Assembly (NCBI GenBank): GCA_030390025.1
Contig: CM059432.1
Location: 112,904,001 to 112,968,000 of the forward strand
Direction: 5' to 3'
Length of the DNA stretch: 64,000 bases
Origin: Squalus acanthias
Lineage: Eukaryota
The translations under genes were made by a program, and so were the position numbers. Numbering within the stretch: the stretch's first letter is position 1; every line of letters starts with the position of its first letter. Positions 63,811 through 64,000 of this stretch are shown here, in pieces. Under the pieces are notes generated by a model, which was not told the DNA's origin, ran no database searches, and was given only the letters and a program-made list of their open reading frames with translations.

Positions 63811-64000
63811 GTCCCTTCTTCAGCCTGCCAACTTCATACTGGCACTCTTCTCCCTTGTTAATTCGACATGACACTCTTCTCCCCCTCCAAGCTGTTCTTC
63901 TTCTTCCACTCTCCTCCATGTAGCCTGGTACTCTTCGCTCCCCCTGCCGTTTATGCTTGGTCTATGCTTCCCCTCCCCTAGTTCATGCTGGCACTCTTCC

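Overview
Eukaryotic, repeat-dense, non-coding DNA, most likely from a cartilaginous fish (shark). This is inferred from HE1-like V-SINEs paired with a CR1/HER1-like LINE, SacSINE1-like Deu-SINEs and shark-type Penelope ends. I could not identify any host protein-coding exon, so the window is probably intergenic or part of a very large intron. Main contents: (i) four decayed PIF/Harbinger DNA transposons of two families, each with a HARBI1-like DDE transposase on + and a convergent spliced Myb/SANT-like gene on -; (ii) about ten TIR-bounded non-autonomous elements, mostly Harbinger-like, two flanked by TA; (iii) CR1 and L2 LINE fragments, including a young 5'-truncated CR1 with an uninterrupted 460-aa RT ORF nested in a SINE; (iv) a Penelope terminal fragment carrying a minimal hammerhead ribozyme motif, and a degenerate inverted Penelope pair; (v) a 30-bp minisatellite and a ~7.6-kb 35-bp satellite with higher-order block duplications; (vi) several TE-free, motif-rich islands that look like conserved non-coding enhancers. 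Element boundaries were read by eye and may be off by a few bases. Nothing here is demonstrably a new biological system. The best leads are the hammerhead motif, the Harbinger two-gene/MITE ecosystem, the satellite and the CNE-like islands.
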